A stretch of DNA of 52,878 nucleotides from Bdellovibrionales bacterium RIFOXYD12_FULL_39_22 (GCA_001770205.1 MEQL01000013.1:1-52878), one strand, 5' to 3'. Positions 29,883 through 40,067 are shown, counted from the stretch's first letter. Program-made: numbers and translations. Notes: a model not told the origin generated them from the sequence alone.

Positions 29883-30560
29883 ATGCAAAAAAAATTTCTA
29901 TTTTTACTAATAGTAATCTTTCTGTTTGCCAATTGGGGACTGGCCTTTAACACCCATCATCCTATTAATATGCCAATGCCGAAGGATAGTAAATTGCCAA
30001 CCAAAAATGGAAAATTTTGGTGCACCACTTGTCATATTGGCCATTCACCTAATGGAAAAACTGCCAAAACAGCGCAAGATAAAAAAGGCAATCCGGCCGG
30101 ATTGCGCATGCCCTACAATGAGTTGTGCCTTACCTGTCATACGGCCGCTGGTAACAATGATAAAAATCACATCAATGTTAAAATTAATAAAATGGCCAAA
30201 GATGCTCCTGATATTGCAGTAGAAACTTGTGCTAGTTGCCATAGCATGCATTTTGCAAAACAAGGACTAACTCTCTATGTTGAGTCTAATCTTTGTATGA
30301 ATTGTCACACCGAAAAACGCAAACAAATGCATAAGCCGATGCCGATGATGGCCGCCCTGGCCAGTACAAAAAAAATACGCCTAGAAAATGAGCAAGTGGC
30401 CTGTCAAACTTGTCACTCTCCTCATAATGAGCAAATCTCCAAACACTACTTGCGCGAGAAAAAAGATGATCTTTTACAATTTTGCTCTACCTGCCATGGA
30501 GAAGGAACGATCACAATTTTCGACAACTACCATAAAAAACTAAGTAAAAAAAATAAGTAA
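29883..30560 (+). CDS. periplasmic hexaheme cytochrome c (cytochrome c3-like)
   Basis: Signal peptide; CTTCH, CLTCH, CASCH, CMNCH, CQTCH, CSTCH. Confidence 0.92.
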   Translation: MQKKFLFLLIVIFLFANWGLAFNTHHPINMPMPKDSKLPTKNGKFWCTTCHIGHSPNGKTAKTAQDKKGNPAGLRMPYNELCLTCHTAAGNNDKNHINVKINKMAKDAPDIAVETCASCHSMHFAKQGLTLYVESNLCMNCHTEKRKQMHKPMPMMAALASTKKIRLENEQVACQTCHSPHNEQISKHYLREKKDDLLQFCSTCHGEGTITIFDNYHKKLSKKNK

Positions 30561-30578
30561 TAACCAGAGAGTACTGAC

Positions 30579-31859
30579 ATGATTATTTTTCGCCTCCTTT
30601 TTATTTTCTTAATAATGACGACAATTAGCATGTCCGTCGACGCAAAAGAGATCGACAAAACTTTTGCTAACCACCCCAAATTTCCCAACTTGCAAAAATC
30701 TTTTAATTCTCACAATGAAGTAATGAAAGCATGTGTTACCTGTCACAATGAATCCGGGGGCCACATTCAAGAAGTGTTGCACTGGGTATGGAAGTGTGAT
30801 GCCAACAACACGCGGGTACAGATAGAAGGCGAAGACATGAGTGGGGATTGTATTGATTGTCACAGCGATTTTCAAAGTTATTCCCAAACACACACTCCAC
30901 CAGCAAATAAAACGCTAAAAGCTGACTGCCTTATCTGTCACGATACTAGCGACAATTATGCTAAGCACATAAAAGGCCACAGTAAAAAAGAACCACCGCT
31001 TCCTGCCGAATTAATGAAAAAAATTGGAAATGGAATTGGATATCCAACCAGAAATACCTGCGGCTACTGTCACTTCGCAGAAGAGCATACCATATTCAAT
31101 GATTTGAATAATTCCTTCATTGCTCCCGACAAAACTATCGATGTGCACATGGATCAGTCTGGAATAAATTTTCAATGCAGTATGTGTCATTCAACTTTTA
31201 AACATACTCTATCTGATAACTGTGAAACGACCTCTTTAGAACATAAGCGCGAGTTAAAAATAAGAGGTGATGGCGATAGCGACATCGGAATGGATTTTGC
31301 TTCTTGTGAATCATGCCACTCTCAAAACCCCCACAAAAGTGATCAAAAACTTAATGACCATACTGATATCGTGGCCTGCCAAACCTGTCATATAACCGAC
31401 AAAAGAACACCCGGCCCCATCGAATATCACTGGTACAGCGGCGTAACCATTCCTGAAAAATATAATGATTTACCTGATGGAACCCTCTTGCGACTGCGCA
31501 ATACTCCTCTCGGAAGAAAAACGGCCGGAGCGCGACTCTTTCCATTTCGCGCGACTAAAGAAGAATCAACTTCGGCCGAAGATAAACAAAAACATATCTC
31601 TGCCACCAAAACTTACTGGCCAATTAATCATGGAGTATCTCCCAAAGAGCAAGCACTGGCCTGTGTGGACTGTCATAAAAACGGCCCAACCATATTGGCC
31701 GCTTTGGAATCATCTATTCGGCCATATATTCTCGGTAACTATGAAGGCCCAATGGATTTACTGGCCTATTTGGGAATTTTTCTCACAATGATGGGCGTTT
31801 CTATTCATGGTGGAATCCGCTTAACCTCCTCAATTTTTAGAAAAATGAAAAGGAAATAA
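30579..31859 (+). CDS. octaheme tetrathionate reductase (Otr)-family cytochrome c, membrane anchored, divergent
   Basis: 8 CxxCH; HW.W, DCLICHD, P.R..CG.CHF, DVHM, LNDH...VACQTCHI, WPINHGVSPKEQAL.C.DCH; C-terminal TM ending HGG.R. Confidence 0.82.
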   Translation: MIIFRLLFIFLIMTTISMSVDAKEIDKTFANHPKFPNLQKSFNSHNEVMKACVTCHNESGGHIQEVLHWVWKCDANNTRVQIEGEDMSGDCIDCHSDFQSYSQTHTPPANKTLKADCLICHDTSDNYAKHIKGHSKKEPPLPAELMKKIGNGIGYPTRNTCGYCHFAEEHTIFNDLNNSFIAPDKTIDVHMDQSGINFQCSMCHSTFKHTLSDNCETTSLEHKRELKIRGDGDSDIGMDFASCESCHSQNPHKSDQKLNDHTDIVACQTCHITDKRTPGPIEYHWYSGVTIPEKYNDLPDGTLLRLRNTPLGRKTAGARLFPFRATKEESTSAEDKQKHISATKTYWPINHGVSPKEQALACVDCHKNGPTILAALESSIRPYILGNYEGPMDLLAYLGIFLTMMGVSIHGGIRLTSSIFRKMKRK

Positions 31860-31861
31860 AT

Positions 31862-32563
31862 ATGAAAACCATCGTAATCTATAAGGGCTTCGAGCGATTT
31901 TGGCACTGGAGTCAAACTACCCTCATCTCGCTTTTAATTATCAGCGGTTTTGAAATACATGGAACTTATTCAATTTTAGGCTTTACGACTACCGTTACTT
32001 TGCACAATTTTTTAGCGTGGCTGCTAATGATTCTTATTCTTTTTGCTATTTTCTGGCATTTCACCACGGGTGAATGGAAGCAATATATTCCCACAACCGA
32101 AAAATTATTAGCGGTAATGCGCTACTACATTTTGGGAATCTTTAAAGGAGAGCACCACCCGGCAGACAAGTCTGTTAACTCCAAATTAAATCCTATGCAA
32201 CGTCTTGCCTATCTGCAATTAAAACTTTTTCTTATTCCACTACAAATATTCAGTGGAGTTTTGTATTATTATTACAACAACTGGAGCGATATTAACTATT
32301 TCCTTAACCACTTTCTCGCAATGTTTGCCAGCGAATATACCGAAATAAATTTTTTCTATTACTTAACGCTTGAGCGCATTGCTATAATTCATGCCGCCTG
32401 CGCCTATGCGCTGGCCATGTTTATAGTGATCCATGTTTATCTAACGACTACCGGCCACACGGTTTGGGCACACATTCAATCAATGATTACTGGCCTTGAA
32501 GAAGTTCCTGATGATCATGATAAAAATGAGCATGGACACGGACACGGGCATGACGGACACTAA
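31862..32563 (+). CDS. thiosulfate reductase PhsC/YdhU-like cytochrome b with a His-rich tail
   Basis: Y..FERFWHW.Q, GFEIHG, FWHFTTGEWKQY, NP.QRLAY, HVYLTTTG, SMITG.E; ends HGHGHGHDGH. Confidence 0.9.
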   Translation: MKTIVIYKGFERFWHWSQTTLISLLIISGFEIHGTYSILGFTTTVTLHNFLAWLLMILILFAIFWHFTTGEWKQYIPTTEKLLAVMRYYILGIFKGEHHPADKSVNSKLNPMQRLAYLQLKLFLIPLQIFSGVLYYYYNNWSDINYFLNHFLAMFASEYTEINFFYYLTLERIAIIHAACAYALAMFIVIHVYLTTTGHTVWAHIQSMITGLEEVPDDHDKNEHGHGHGHDGH

Positions 32564-32565
32564 AG

Positions 32566-33402
32566 ATGAATGGTAAAATAACTATTCTGGCCGAAAACTA
32601 CGCGCTACATACCCCTTACGCAGAAGATGGCATCTGCATGCTTATTGCTGTCGATAATAAATTCTATCTCTTCGACACCGGATTCACCGGCGAATGCGCT
32701 CTAAAAAATATCGAGGTTATGCAGATAAAAATACCGCAACTTGCAGGGATTATTCTGTCACATGGACATAATGATCATACCGGAGGAATTGCCTCCATTA
32801 TTACACGCTTTGGCCCCTGTCCAATCTATGCTCATCCAAACATATTTAATAAAACTTTTTCTGTCAGAGGAAAAAACAAAGAGTACATTGGAATTCCTTT
32901 TGAGCGCGACTATCTAGAAAAAAAACTTAAAATCCCTTTTCACTTCTCGCGGGATTTTACACAAATCGATAAAAATATCTATATGACTGGCACGATCCCG
33001 ATGGCCAATAAATATGAAAAAATCCCTCGCCATTTTAAGATTAGTAATGGCAGTGACAATATTGATGATTTTATTGAAGACACCTTTGAAGACGATAACG
33101 CCGTAGTTATCTCTGATCCCAAAGGTCTAACTGTTTTACTGGGGTGCGCACATCGCGGAGTAATAAACAGCTTAGAATATGTTCAGCAAAAACTTCCACA
33201 TAAAAAAATTCATACCGTTATTGGCGGAACTCATCTTAAAGAGGCCGGGGAAGAACACTTTGAATTTGTAGTGGATTATCTAAAAAAACTAGAGCTAGAC
33301 ACCTTTGCCCCTGGCCATTGCACCGGCATTAATAATATTTTTAAGTTACAAAATATCTTTGGTACCTGCTTGCATCCGGCCTTTTGCGGAGAAAAATTTT
33401 AG
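32566..33402 (+). CDS. MBL-fold metallo-hydrolase (COG1237-like)
   Basis: LFDTG, SHGHNDHTGG, DD, GCAH.G..N, GGTHL, PGHCTG. Confidence 0.9.
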   Translation: MNGKITILAENYALHTPYAEDGICMLIAVDNKFYLFDTGFTGECALKNIEVMQIKIPQLAGIILSHGHNDHTGGIASIITRFGPCPIYAHPNIFNKTFSVRGKNKEYIGIPFERDYLEKKLKIPFHFSRDFTQIDKNIYMTGTIPMANKYEKIPRHFKISNGSDNIDDFIEDTFEDDNAVVISDPKGLTVLLGCAHRGVINSLEYVQQKLPHKKIHTVIGGTHLKEAGEEHFEFVVDYLKKLELDTFAPGHCTGINNIFKLQNIFGTCLHPAFCGEKF

Positions 33403-33495
33403 GTAATTTTTACATTTTCTTAACAATTTTAGATTAATTTATCATTAAATCTAGTATAGTAAAGATGCTTAATTATATCCGCTCCGGAGCTTGCA

Positions 33496-34821
33496 ATGAC
33501 CACCAAACGACCGCTGCTACTATCGCCCTTATTATTTCTTCCTTTGATTATGCTGCAGCTGACTGCTTTTTTATCCTGCGGTAATGGCAAGGCCAACAAG
33601 CAAGACAAGGCCCAAAATCACTCTCCCATTAAAAATGAGACGGAACTGAGGTGCCAAAATTCCGATGAAGAGTGTCGCTCAAATATTGCCGTGATTTTAA
33701 ATGGAAAAAGCAATATTTTTTGCACAGGAATTTTAGTAGACTACTCAATGGTTATGGCCAATGGCCGTTGCCTACAATCAGTCGTTGGAAGAAATTTTTC
33801 TTCGGTGGCCGTCTATCTGCGAGAGTATGGGCCACTTTCTCAGACAGTGAAAAGATCTATCTCTAAAATTGAGTACATAGAAAACGCCAACGGCGACAGT
33901 TTTGCCCAAATAACGCTGGATGCTTCTGTTAGTTCAACACCTACCCCGATTATGACTCCACAAACTCAACGGTTTCGTTTGGCCAAATTATTTATCGCCA
34001 AACTTGACACTAGCAAAAATGTTCAACTCTCCTCCCTAAATTGCTCTATTGATCCTATAACTAGTAGCAGCGGAGTACGCGATAATAATCCAATTTTTTC
34101 CCCTCATTTTGCCATATCCGGAGAAGAGTGTAATGTGGGCAATGTTCCGGCCGGAACGCCTGTTGTTATTGAGGAGCGACTTATTGGCTTTATCCGCAAC
34201 ACTCGGGAAACGGGACCTCAAAGCAACAAACTGATCGTCCAAAATATCTTCTGCATAAACTCTCCTATTGAGTGTAGTATCGATGATAATGATGACGATG
34301 ATAATCCGCTTCCCTCTACTGTTACTGCTGAACAAATTGAATCCTTCATAAAAGATAGTGTAAAATTAAAAGAGATGATTCTGTCCTGGAAAAAACGCAA
34401 CGGTGAAAAATATTTCACCTGGAAACTACAACTACTTAACACTAATTACTCAGAAAAAATGTTCTTTTCGGCACTGCCAGAATGTGTAGAAGATTCTCCT
34501 AGTCTAACTGGCCGCTTTGTTTCTTTCCCTTGGATTTTTCGACTGCCTACTTATGGATCAATAAATGTCACCCTGCCTCTTTGGAGCGTTAATATTTCTA
34601 TTGATAACGCTGGCAAACTTTTTATGAACACCACTCCGATTACTCGAACGGCCTCAGACACATTTATTTTTAAACCTAGTCAATTAAGTCGTAAAGGCCA
34701 TACTCCGGTCACCATAAAGACCAACCCCATAATTAATGTTGATGCCCAAAGTTTTGAGAAAATAGAAATTGAAAGACTGAATAAATGCCCTAGTGAGGAA
34801 GAGGATCCTTGGGGAGAGTAA
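33496..34821 (+). CDS. lipoprotein with a degenerate trypsin-like domain
   Basis: Lipobox FLSC; FCTG.LV....V.ANGRCL (His position is Arg); GNVPAGTPV in place of GDSGGP. Confidence 0.6.
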   Translation: MTTKRPLLLSPLLFLPLIMLQLTAFLSCGNGKANKQDKAQNHSPIKNETELRCQNSDEECRSNIAVILNGKSNIFCTGILVDYSMVMANGRCLQSVVGRNFSSVAVYLREYGPLSQTVKRSISKIEYIENANGDSFAQITLDASVSSTPTPIMTPQTQRFRLAKLFIAKLDTSKNVQLSSLNCSIDPITSSSGVRDNNPIFSPHFAISGEECNVGNVPAGTPVVIEERLIGFIRNTRETGPQSNKLIVQNIFCINSPIECSIDDNDDDDNPLPSTVTAEQIESFIKDSVKLKEMILSWKKRNGEKYFTWKLQLLNTNYSEKMFFSALPECVEDSPSLTGRFVSFPWIFRLPTYGSINVTLPLWSVNISIDNAGKLFMNTTPITRTASDTFIFKPSQLSRKGHTPVTIKTNPIINVDAQSFEKIEIERLNKCPSEEEDPWGE

Positions 34822-35761
34822 TCTCTTTTTTCAAACAACCGGCCAGGCAAGTTTCACTACACTTTTTTAAATCACAAGGCTCACAGTGAATGATCACATT
34901 AGATAGCGGGAAGTGTCTCTTAATAAAGGCCGTCACCTCTTCTGTAATTTCATGAGCATTGGCAATTGTTATTGCAGAGTCTACCTGAATATGAAAATCA
35001 ATAAAGCGCTCAGCTCCTGACTTTCTCGTGCGCAAACGGTGAAAACCTTTTATCTTTGGCGCAAATTCTTTGACACTTTTTTTTATCCACTCAACTTCTT
35101 CGTCCGGAAGACTTGCGTCTAATAAATCTTTTACTGATTTTACTGTTAATTCATATGCCGCATGGATAATTAGAAGTGCCACGATAATTGCTGCGATGGG
35201 ATCAATAATGGCCAAGTTGGCCTGCGGAAAAAAGTAAGGTCCAAGAGTAATAATCAACATTGCGGCCATTACTCCGACAGAGGTGTAAACATCAGTCAAC
35301 AGATGCCAAGCATCGGCCTCCAGCGCAATAGAATCACTTTTTTTTGCTACCTTGAATAATTTAGCAGAGACTATAAAATTAAAAACTGCGGAAATGGCCA
35401 TTATTCCCACCCCCCAACCGGCCTGCTCTATCATCGAGGGATGCATAAGTTTTAAAATTGCCTCATAGATAATCCAACCAGCGGCCAAGAAAATTAATAG
35501 CGCCTCAAGAGAACCCGATAAATTTTCTAATTTCCCATGGCCATAATGGTGATCGGCATCGGAAGGCCGGCCAGAGCCTCTAACTGCCAGAAGTGCTATC
35601 ACGGAAGCAAGCAAATCAACGGCCGAATGAATCGCCTCAGAAATTACGGAAACCGATCCAATAAGTGTTCCCACCATTAATTTTAAAATTACTAAAATGG
35701 TATTCGATATAACGGATAATTTGGCAACCGAAACCTTCTCTACTTGTAGCTCTGTGCTCAT
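34790..35761 (-). CDS. cation diffusion facilitator (FieF/MamB-like) transporter
   Basis: SEAIHS.VD, H.YGHGKLE, ADAWHLLTD, DP.AA, H.LRTRKSG, AH, IIHCEP; Cys-rich tail. Confidence 0.93.
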   Translation of the reverse strand: MSTELQVEKVSVAKLSVISNTILVILKLMVGTLIGSVSVISEAIHSAVDLLASVIALLAVRGSGRPSDADHHYGHGKLENLSGSLEALLIFLAAGWIIYEAILKLMHPSMIEQAGWGVGIMAISAVFNFIVSAKLFKVAKKSDSIALEADAWHLLTDVYTSVGVMAAMLIITLGPYFFPQANLAIIDPIAAIIVALLIIHAAYELTVKSVKDLLDASLPDEEVEWIKKSVKEFAPKIKGFHRLRTRKSGAERFIDFHIQVDSAITIANAHEITEEVTAFIKRHFPLSNVIIHCEPCDLKKCSETCLAGCLKKEITLPKDPLPH

Positions 35762-35781
35762 CTCTCTTACCCTTCTTTTTC

Positions 35782-36600
35782 TCAAATCAATATTAGTTTT
35801 TTCTCAAGCTCGAAAATTGGCCAAATCTGCCACTGATTTACCTTAGTGCTAAAAAAATTAAACTCAGAAGTTTTTTCAATTTTCTCATTAGCAACCTTGT
35901 CGGGAAGATAAAGGCCATTTTTTATTAGAACATTTTTTATCTGATTGGCAACATTGGGGCCTGGCGAAATAGTTTTAAGGTGCAGATAACTCTCAATGTA
36001 GTTATCTATTAGTGGATAGTGCGTACATCCCAAAATCGCATGCGTATATTTTTTCCCATTCTTATTTGCATAGATCAGATCAAGCTGATCATTTATTTTT
36101 TGACGAATTCCACCATTATCCCCATTATAGAAAAGATGTTCTATGCAGGAGGCCAACTCTGGAAACATCACATGATCAATCTTGTTCTCCGAATCTAATC
36201 TTTTTTTCAAATCACGAAAACGCTGCGACTCACCTGTTACTTTAGTAGTTAGTACAACCAAAGAAGCATTTTTATCGAGGGCGCCTTCTTTATTTAAAAT
36301 ATTCAAATAAGGCTCCACGCCCACAAATGGAATATCAGGAAAGCGCTCTCGTAGACTATTAATACTAATTGCGGTTGCCGTATTACAGGCCACCACGATC
36401 ATTTGCGCCCCCAATTCCAATAATCGTTCACTATTTTTCACTGACCGATCAACTACCACTTCATCACTTTTTGTCCCGTAAGGCGCGTAGGCATCATCTG
36501 CAATATAATAAATTTCCAGCGCCGGAAGCAGCTCAATAAGGGAGCGAAGAATTGTAAATCCCCCCACTCCAGAATCAAAAAGGCCAATTTTAAATCTCAT
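35782..36600 (-). CDS. murI: glutamate racemase
   Basis: FDSGVGG, PYGTKS, VACNTATA, LGCTHYP. Confidence 0.96.
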   Translation of the reverse strand: MRFKIGLFDSGVGGFTILRSLIELLPALEIYYIADDAYAPYGTKSDEVVVDRSVKNSERLLELGAQMIVVACNTATAISINSLRERFPDIPFVGVEPYLNILNKEGALDKNASLVVLTTKVTGESQRFRDLKKRLDSENKIDHVMFPELASCIEHLFYNGDNGGIRQKINDQLDLIYANKNGKKYTHAILGCTHYPLIDNYIESYLHLKTISPGPNVANQIKNVLIKNGLYLPDKVANEKIEKTSEFNFFSTKVNQWQIWPIFELEKKLILI

Positions 36601-36705
36601 CTTTAACAGGTAATACCAAACAACTTAATTATTCAAGTAAAGAATCCGCAGATATTAATTTTTAAGATGCTATTTTGCTCTATTTTTGCTTAAATTATCA
36701 CCATA

Positions 36706-39513
36706 ATGAACAATATAAAATTCGCCTGGATAACCTCTAGCAAAACTTTTAAAGTCTATCTTGAACATAACGAGCAGATTAACTTTAATGATTTGGCCAT
36801 ATTCAATCACAAAGGCCAAAAAATCTCACACTGGCAATGCCAACAACGAGAGAATATTTTACTGCTTGAATTTCCTGAAGAAGCATCTCTTGATTTAAAT
36901 GAAACCTATCGCATGGCCCTAGGAGATCAAAGTTGCTATGCCTATTTAACTTTAGATTTAATCAATCAGCATTTTTACTACCCAGGGCCGCTAGGTCAAA
37001 TTTGGCAATCAACAGATCTTCAATCTCCCGTAGAATTTATTATTTGGGCCCCTACGGCCAGCGCAGTTGAAATCCATTTTTTTGCCAAAGATGACCCCGA
37101 AAAATTTCTCCAGGCCCGTCCATTAAAAAAACAGGCGCGAGGTGCTTGGTCAATTTTAATTAATCCTCAAGCTTTGGGCGTTGATTCCTTGCTAGGCCAT
37201 TTTTATCTTTATCGAGTTACTTCCCATGGTAACACCAACTATGTTTTTGATCCCTACGCCAAATCTATTCATCCTATTGCCGCACGTCTGGCCACAGATA
37301 AGCAACGCCTCGTGCCCAAAATGGCAATTTTAAATATCGAATCTCTTTTAGACGAAATGGGCCCCCTGCCGTCGCTGGCCAACAGTGACATTATGAAAAA
37401 TAGAAATGATTTTATTGCTTACGAACTACATGTCCGCGATTTTACCATTGCTCCGACTCTTTCGCTTGATGCTAAAATCAAGGGAACCTACCTGGGAGTT
37501 TTAGAAAAACTTGATCACTTGAAAGCTCTAGGCATAACCCATCTGCAATTTATGCCTTTGCATATTTGCTGTACCGTAGATGAAACCAATCGCTCTCTGC
37601 AAGATGAAAAAATTCCTTCGTCCCTAGTGAACTATAACTGGGGTTATGATGTTTTTAATTTTTTTGTTCCTTCTGGTTGGTTGACCTCTGATCCATTCAA
37701 TCCAACTATTCGTATAAAAGAGTTACGACAAATGACTGCGGCCATCACTGCGCAAAAACTGGGATTAATTTTAGATGTAGTCTTTAATCACACTTACAGT
37801 TTTGATTATTTTGAACAACTGGCCCCCGGCTGTTATATCCGTCGCGAAGAAAATGGTACTATTTCAAAAACTACTGGTGCTGGAGAAACCATTGAATCTC
37901 GCTCACTAATGGCCCGACGAATGATTATTGACTCTTTAAAATACTATGTTGCCAATTTTGGATTTAATGGTTTTCGCTTTGATCTGATGAGTTTTCTTGA
38001 TCATCAAACCATGTTAGAAATTCGCCAAGCATTAGGGCCAGATATCATTTTATATGGGGAAGGTTGGGATCTTACTGATTTACCGGCTCATCTTGCCACC
38101 ACTAAAACCAATCTTCCTGCGGCCTGCGACGTTGGCGTTTTTAATGATTCCGCTCGTGACTCCGTGGCCGGCTCCCCAACCATTCAGGGTTTTGTCCATG
38201 GAGGATTTGCCACTGGCGCAAAGGTAAAAAGTTCCATTGTTGGTGGCATTAAAGATTACCCTGTAGATCATAATAAAGATGGATTAATGGATGTTTTTAT
38301 CGATAAAAATAAGCAGCATGCTTTTGCTAATCATCCAACCGACACTATTAATTATCTCAGTATTCATGACGGGCACACTCTTTTGGATAAAATTAATCTA
38401 TCTTACAAATCCGAAAAACATAGCAAAGAACGCGTACAAAAATTGGCCTTGGCCATTTTACTCACTTCTCAGGGGAAAATTGTTTTAGAAGGAGGAATAG
38501 AAATCGGACGTACTAAACCACTTGCCCCCAACGATCCAACGAGTAATCGCGCACACACTTCTGATCGGGTAATTGCCGACGATGGTGCTACTTATTTTCA
38601 TGAAAACTCTTATCGCTCGCCAGATATAACAAATATGTTTCGCTGGGAACGATCTGAACGTTTTACCAATCTTCGCAAATATATCAGTGGACTAATTTCG
38701 CTACGACGAAAATTTTCCTGCTTTCATTTTTCCTCCACTCAGGAGATCATCGATAATCTTCGCTTCGTCTCTGATTACATTCCTAATTCTCGATATTTCG
38801 ATCTCTCTACTAGCGGGCGATACAATAACTGGCCAGAAGTTCCTGGCCTTACTATCGAATTTATAAATGGTATCCCGGGCAAGCGCTCTTACATGGTAGG
38901 GGGCATTCATCCACCTGATGATGCAACAAAAAATCCAACCAAGAATGATTTTTTCGTGGATTTTGATGCTAGTGGCCGAGGCCAAATTACTTTCACTAAG
39001 GCACATATTGAGAAATTTTCTATTGGTAGCTGGGGGGCCGTTGATGATCTAAAATTTAAATTAGTCGATACCGCCGGTAAGTGGGATTATGTCTCTGCTC
39101 ACTACAGCGATTATGGAAGCAATACCATTTTGCCACAGTCGATAAGCAAAGCAACTAACAAGGCGACAATTAATTTGGCCTTTAAGGATTGTGTGGCCGG
39201 TGAAGAAAATTCAGAACATCCGACATTTATTGCTTTTGTCGTAAATAACATTGACTACATTGATCCGATTGACAAGAGAGAAGGGGATGCTCCTTCTTAT
39301 AGTTATCAAAAGTTTTTAGTCATACATAATGCCTCGGAAAACAAAACAAACTTTAAATTTCCAGAGATTTTAAACTATAAAGTTCACGATATTCTGGTCG
39401 ATGATGCGGAGGCGGGCCTTGTCCCGCTGGCCAAGAGTCACTCCGTGCGAATCCATCCACCACACATTATTGTAGATGGTAAGGCCTGTGCAGTTATTGG
39501 GTTAATCGCGTAA
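36706..39513 (+). CDS. type I pullulanase-like GH13 enzyme
   Basis: WAPTA, DPYAKS, YELHVRDFT, YNWGYD, DVVFNH, GFRFDLM, YGEGW, HD, HENSY.SPD. Confidence 0.9.
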   Translation: MNNIKFAWITSSKTFKVYLEHNEQINFNDLAIFNHKGQKISHWQCQQRENILLLEFPEEASLDLNETYRMALGDQSCYAYLTLDLINQHFYYPGPLGQIWQSTDLQSPVEFIIWAPTASAVEIHFFAKDDPEKFLQARPLKKQARGAWSILINPQALGVDSLLGHFYLYRVTSHGNTNYVFDPYAKSIHPIAARLATDKQRLVPKMAILNIESLLDEMGPLPSLANSDIMKNRNDFIAYELHVRDFTIAPTLSLDAKIKGTYLGVLEKLDHLKALGITHLQFMPLHICCTVDETNRSLQDEKIPSSLVNYNWGYDVFNFFVPSGWLTSDPFNPTIRIKELRQMTAAITAQKLGLILDVVFNHTYSFDYFEQLAPGCYIRREENGTISKTTGAGETIESRSLMARRMIIDSLKYYVANFGFNGFRFDLMSFLDHQTMLEIRQALGPDIILYGEGWDLTDLPAHLATTKTNLPAACDVGVFNDSARDSVAGSPTIQGFVHGGFATGAKVKSSIVGGIKDYPVDHNKDGLMDVFIDKNKQHAFANHPTDTINYLSIHDGHTLLDKINLSYKSEKHSKERVQKLALAILLTSQGKIVLEGGIEIGRTKPLAPNDPTSNRAHTSDRVIADDGATYFHENSYRSPDITNMFRWERSERFTNLRKYISGLISLRRKFSCFHFSSTQEIIDNLRFVSDYIPNSRYFDLSTSGRYNNWPEVPGLTIEFINGIPGKRSYMVGGIHPPDDATKNPTKNDFFVDFDASGRGQITFTKAHIEKFSIGSWGAVDDLKFKLVDTAGKWDYVSAHYSDYGSNTILPQSISKATNKATINLAFKDCVAGEENSEHPTFIAFVVNNIDYIDPIDKREGDAPSYSYQKFLVIHNASENKTNFKFPEILNYKVHDILVDDAEAGLVPLAKSHSVRIHPPHIIVDGKACAVIGLIA

Positions 39514-39608
39514 TTATTACAATGTGACCATTACTAGCTTTGTCGCACGGCGTCAGTGTGATATACTTCTCATGTGTAATCTTGAAATCAACTCTCCGAG
39601 GAGGACAT

Positions 39609-40067
39609 ATGAAAAATTTTAAAAAAACAATTTTTTTATCGTTAATTACTATTTTTATTGCCTATCCGGCCATGGCAGCTAAAGCATTAGTGTGCACGCC
39701 TGATTCTGATAACAACATGCTCGATAAAATCATCCTTTCAAAAAATATGGATCAAGGTTTTGTCGGACATCTAAATGTAGATATCTTGTTAAAAGATGGA
39801 AAAGAATTGAAAACAATTATGGATGCTCACACCGACATATCAAAGTGGGATAAAGGAATATACCGCGGAGGAATCTCGGCAAACATCGGTAGTCAGGAAA
39901 TAGATGGAAGTACTTTTCTTTCTATTGGAAATGTCGAGGAAGGCCGTGCCCATTTTTCAATCACTCTTAAGGCCCAATATATGGAAACCTATGGAATTTT
40001 CCCTCAAAAGGCACTAGTTGATTTTTACACTGAGGGATATTGTTCTTTCGCTACTATTGAAGAATGA
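39609..40067 (+). CDS. hypothetical exported protein
   Basis: GAGGAG RBS; signal peptide ending AMA. Confidence 0.75.
   Translation: MKNFKKTIFLSLITIFIAYPAMAAKALVCTPDSDNNMLDKIILSKNMDQGFVGHLNVDILLKDGKELKTIMDAHTDISKWDKGIYRGGISANIGSQEIDGSTFLSIGNVEEGRAHFSITLKAQYMETYGIFPQKALVDFYTEGYCSFATIEE

Noticed and set aside
39557..39572. CRP/FNR-like site TGTGA-N6-TCTCA
   Set aside because: Single imperfect match overlapping a likely -10 element (TATACT); insufficient evidence
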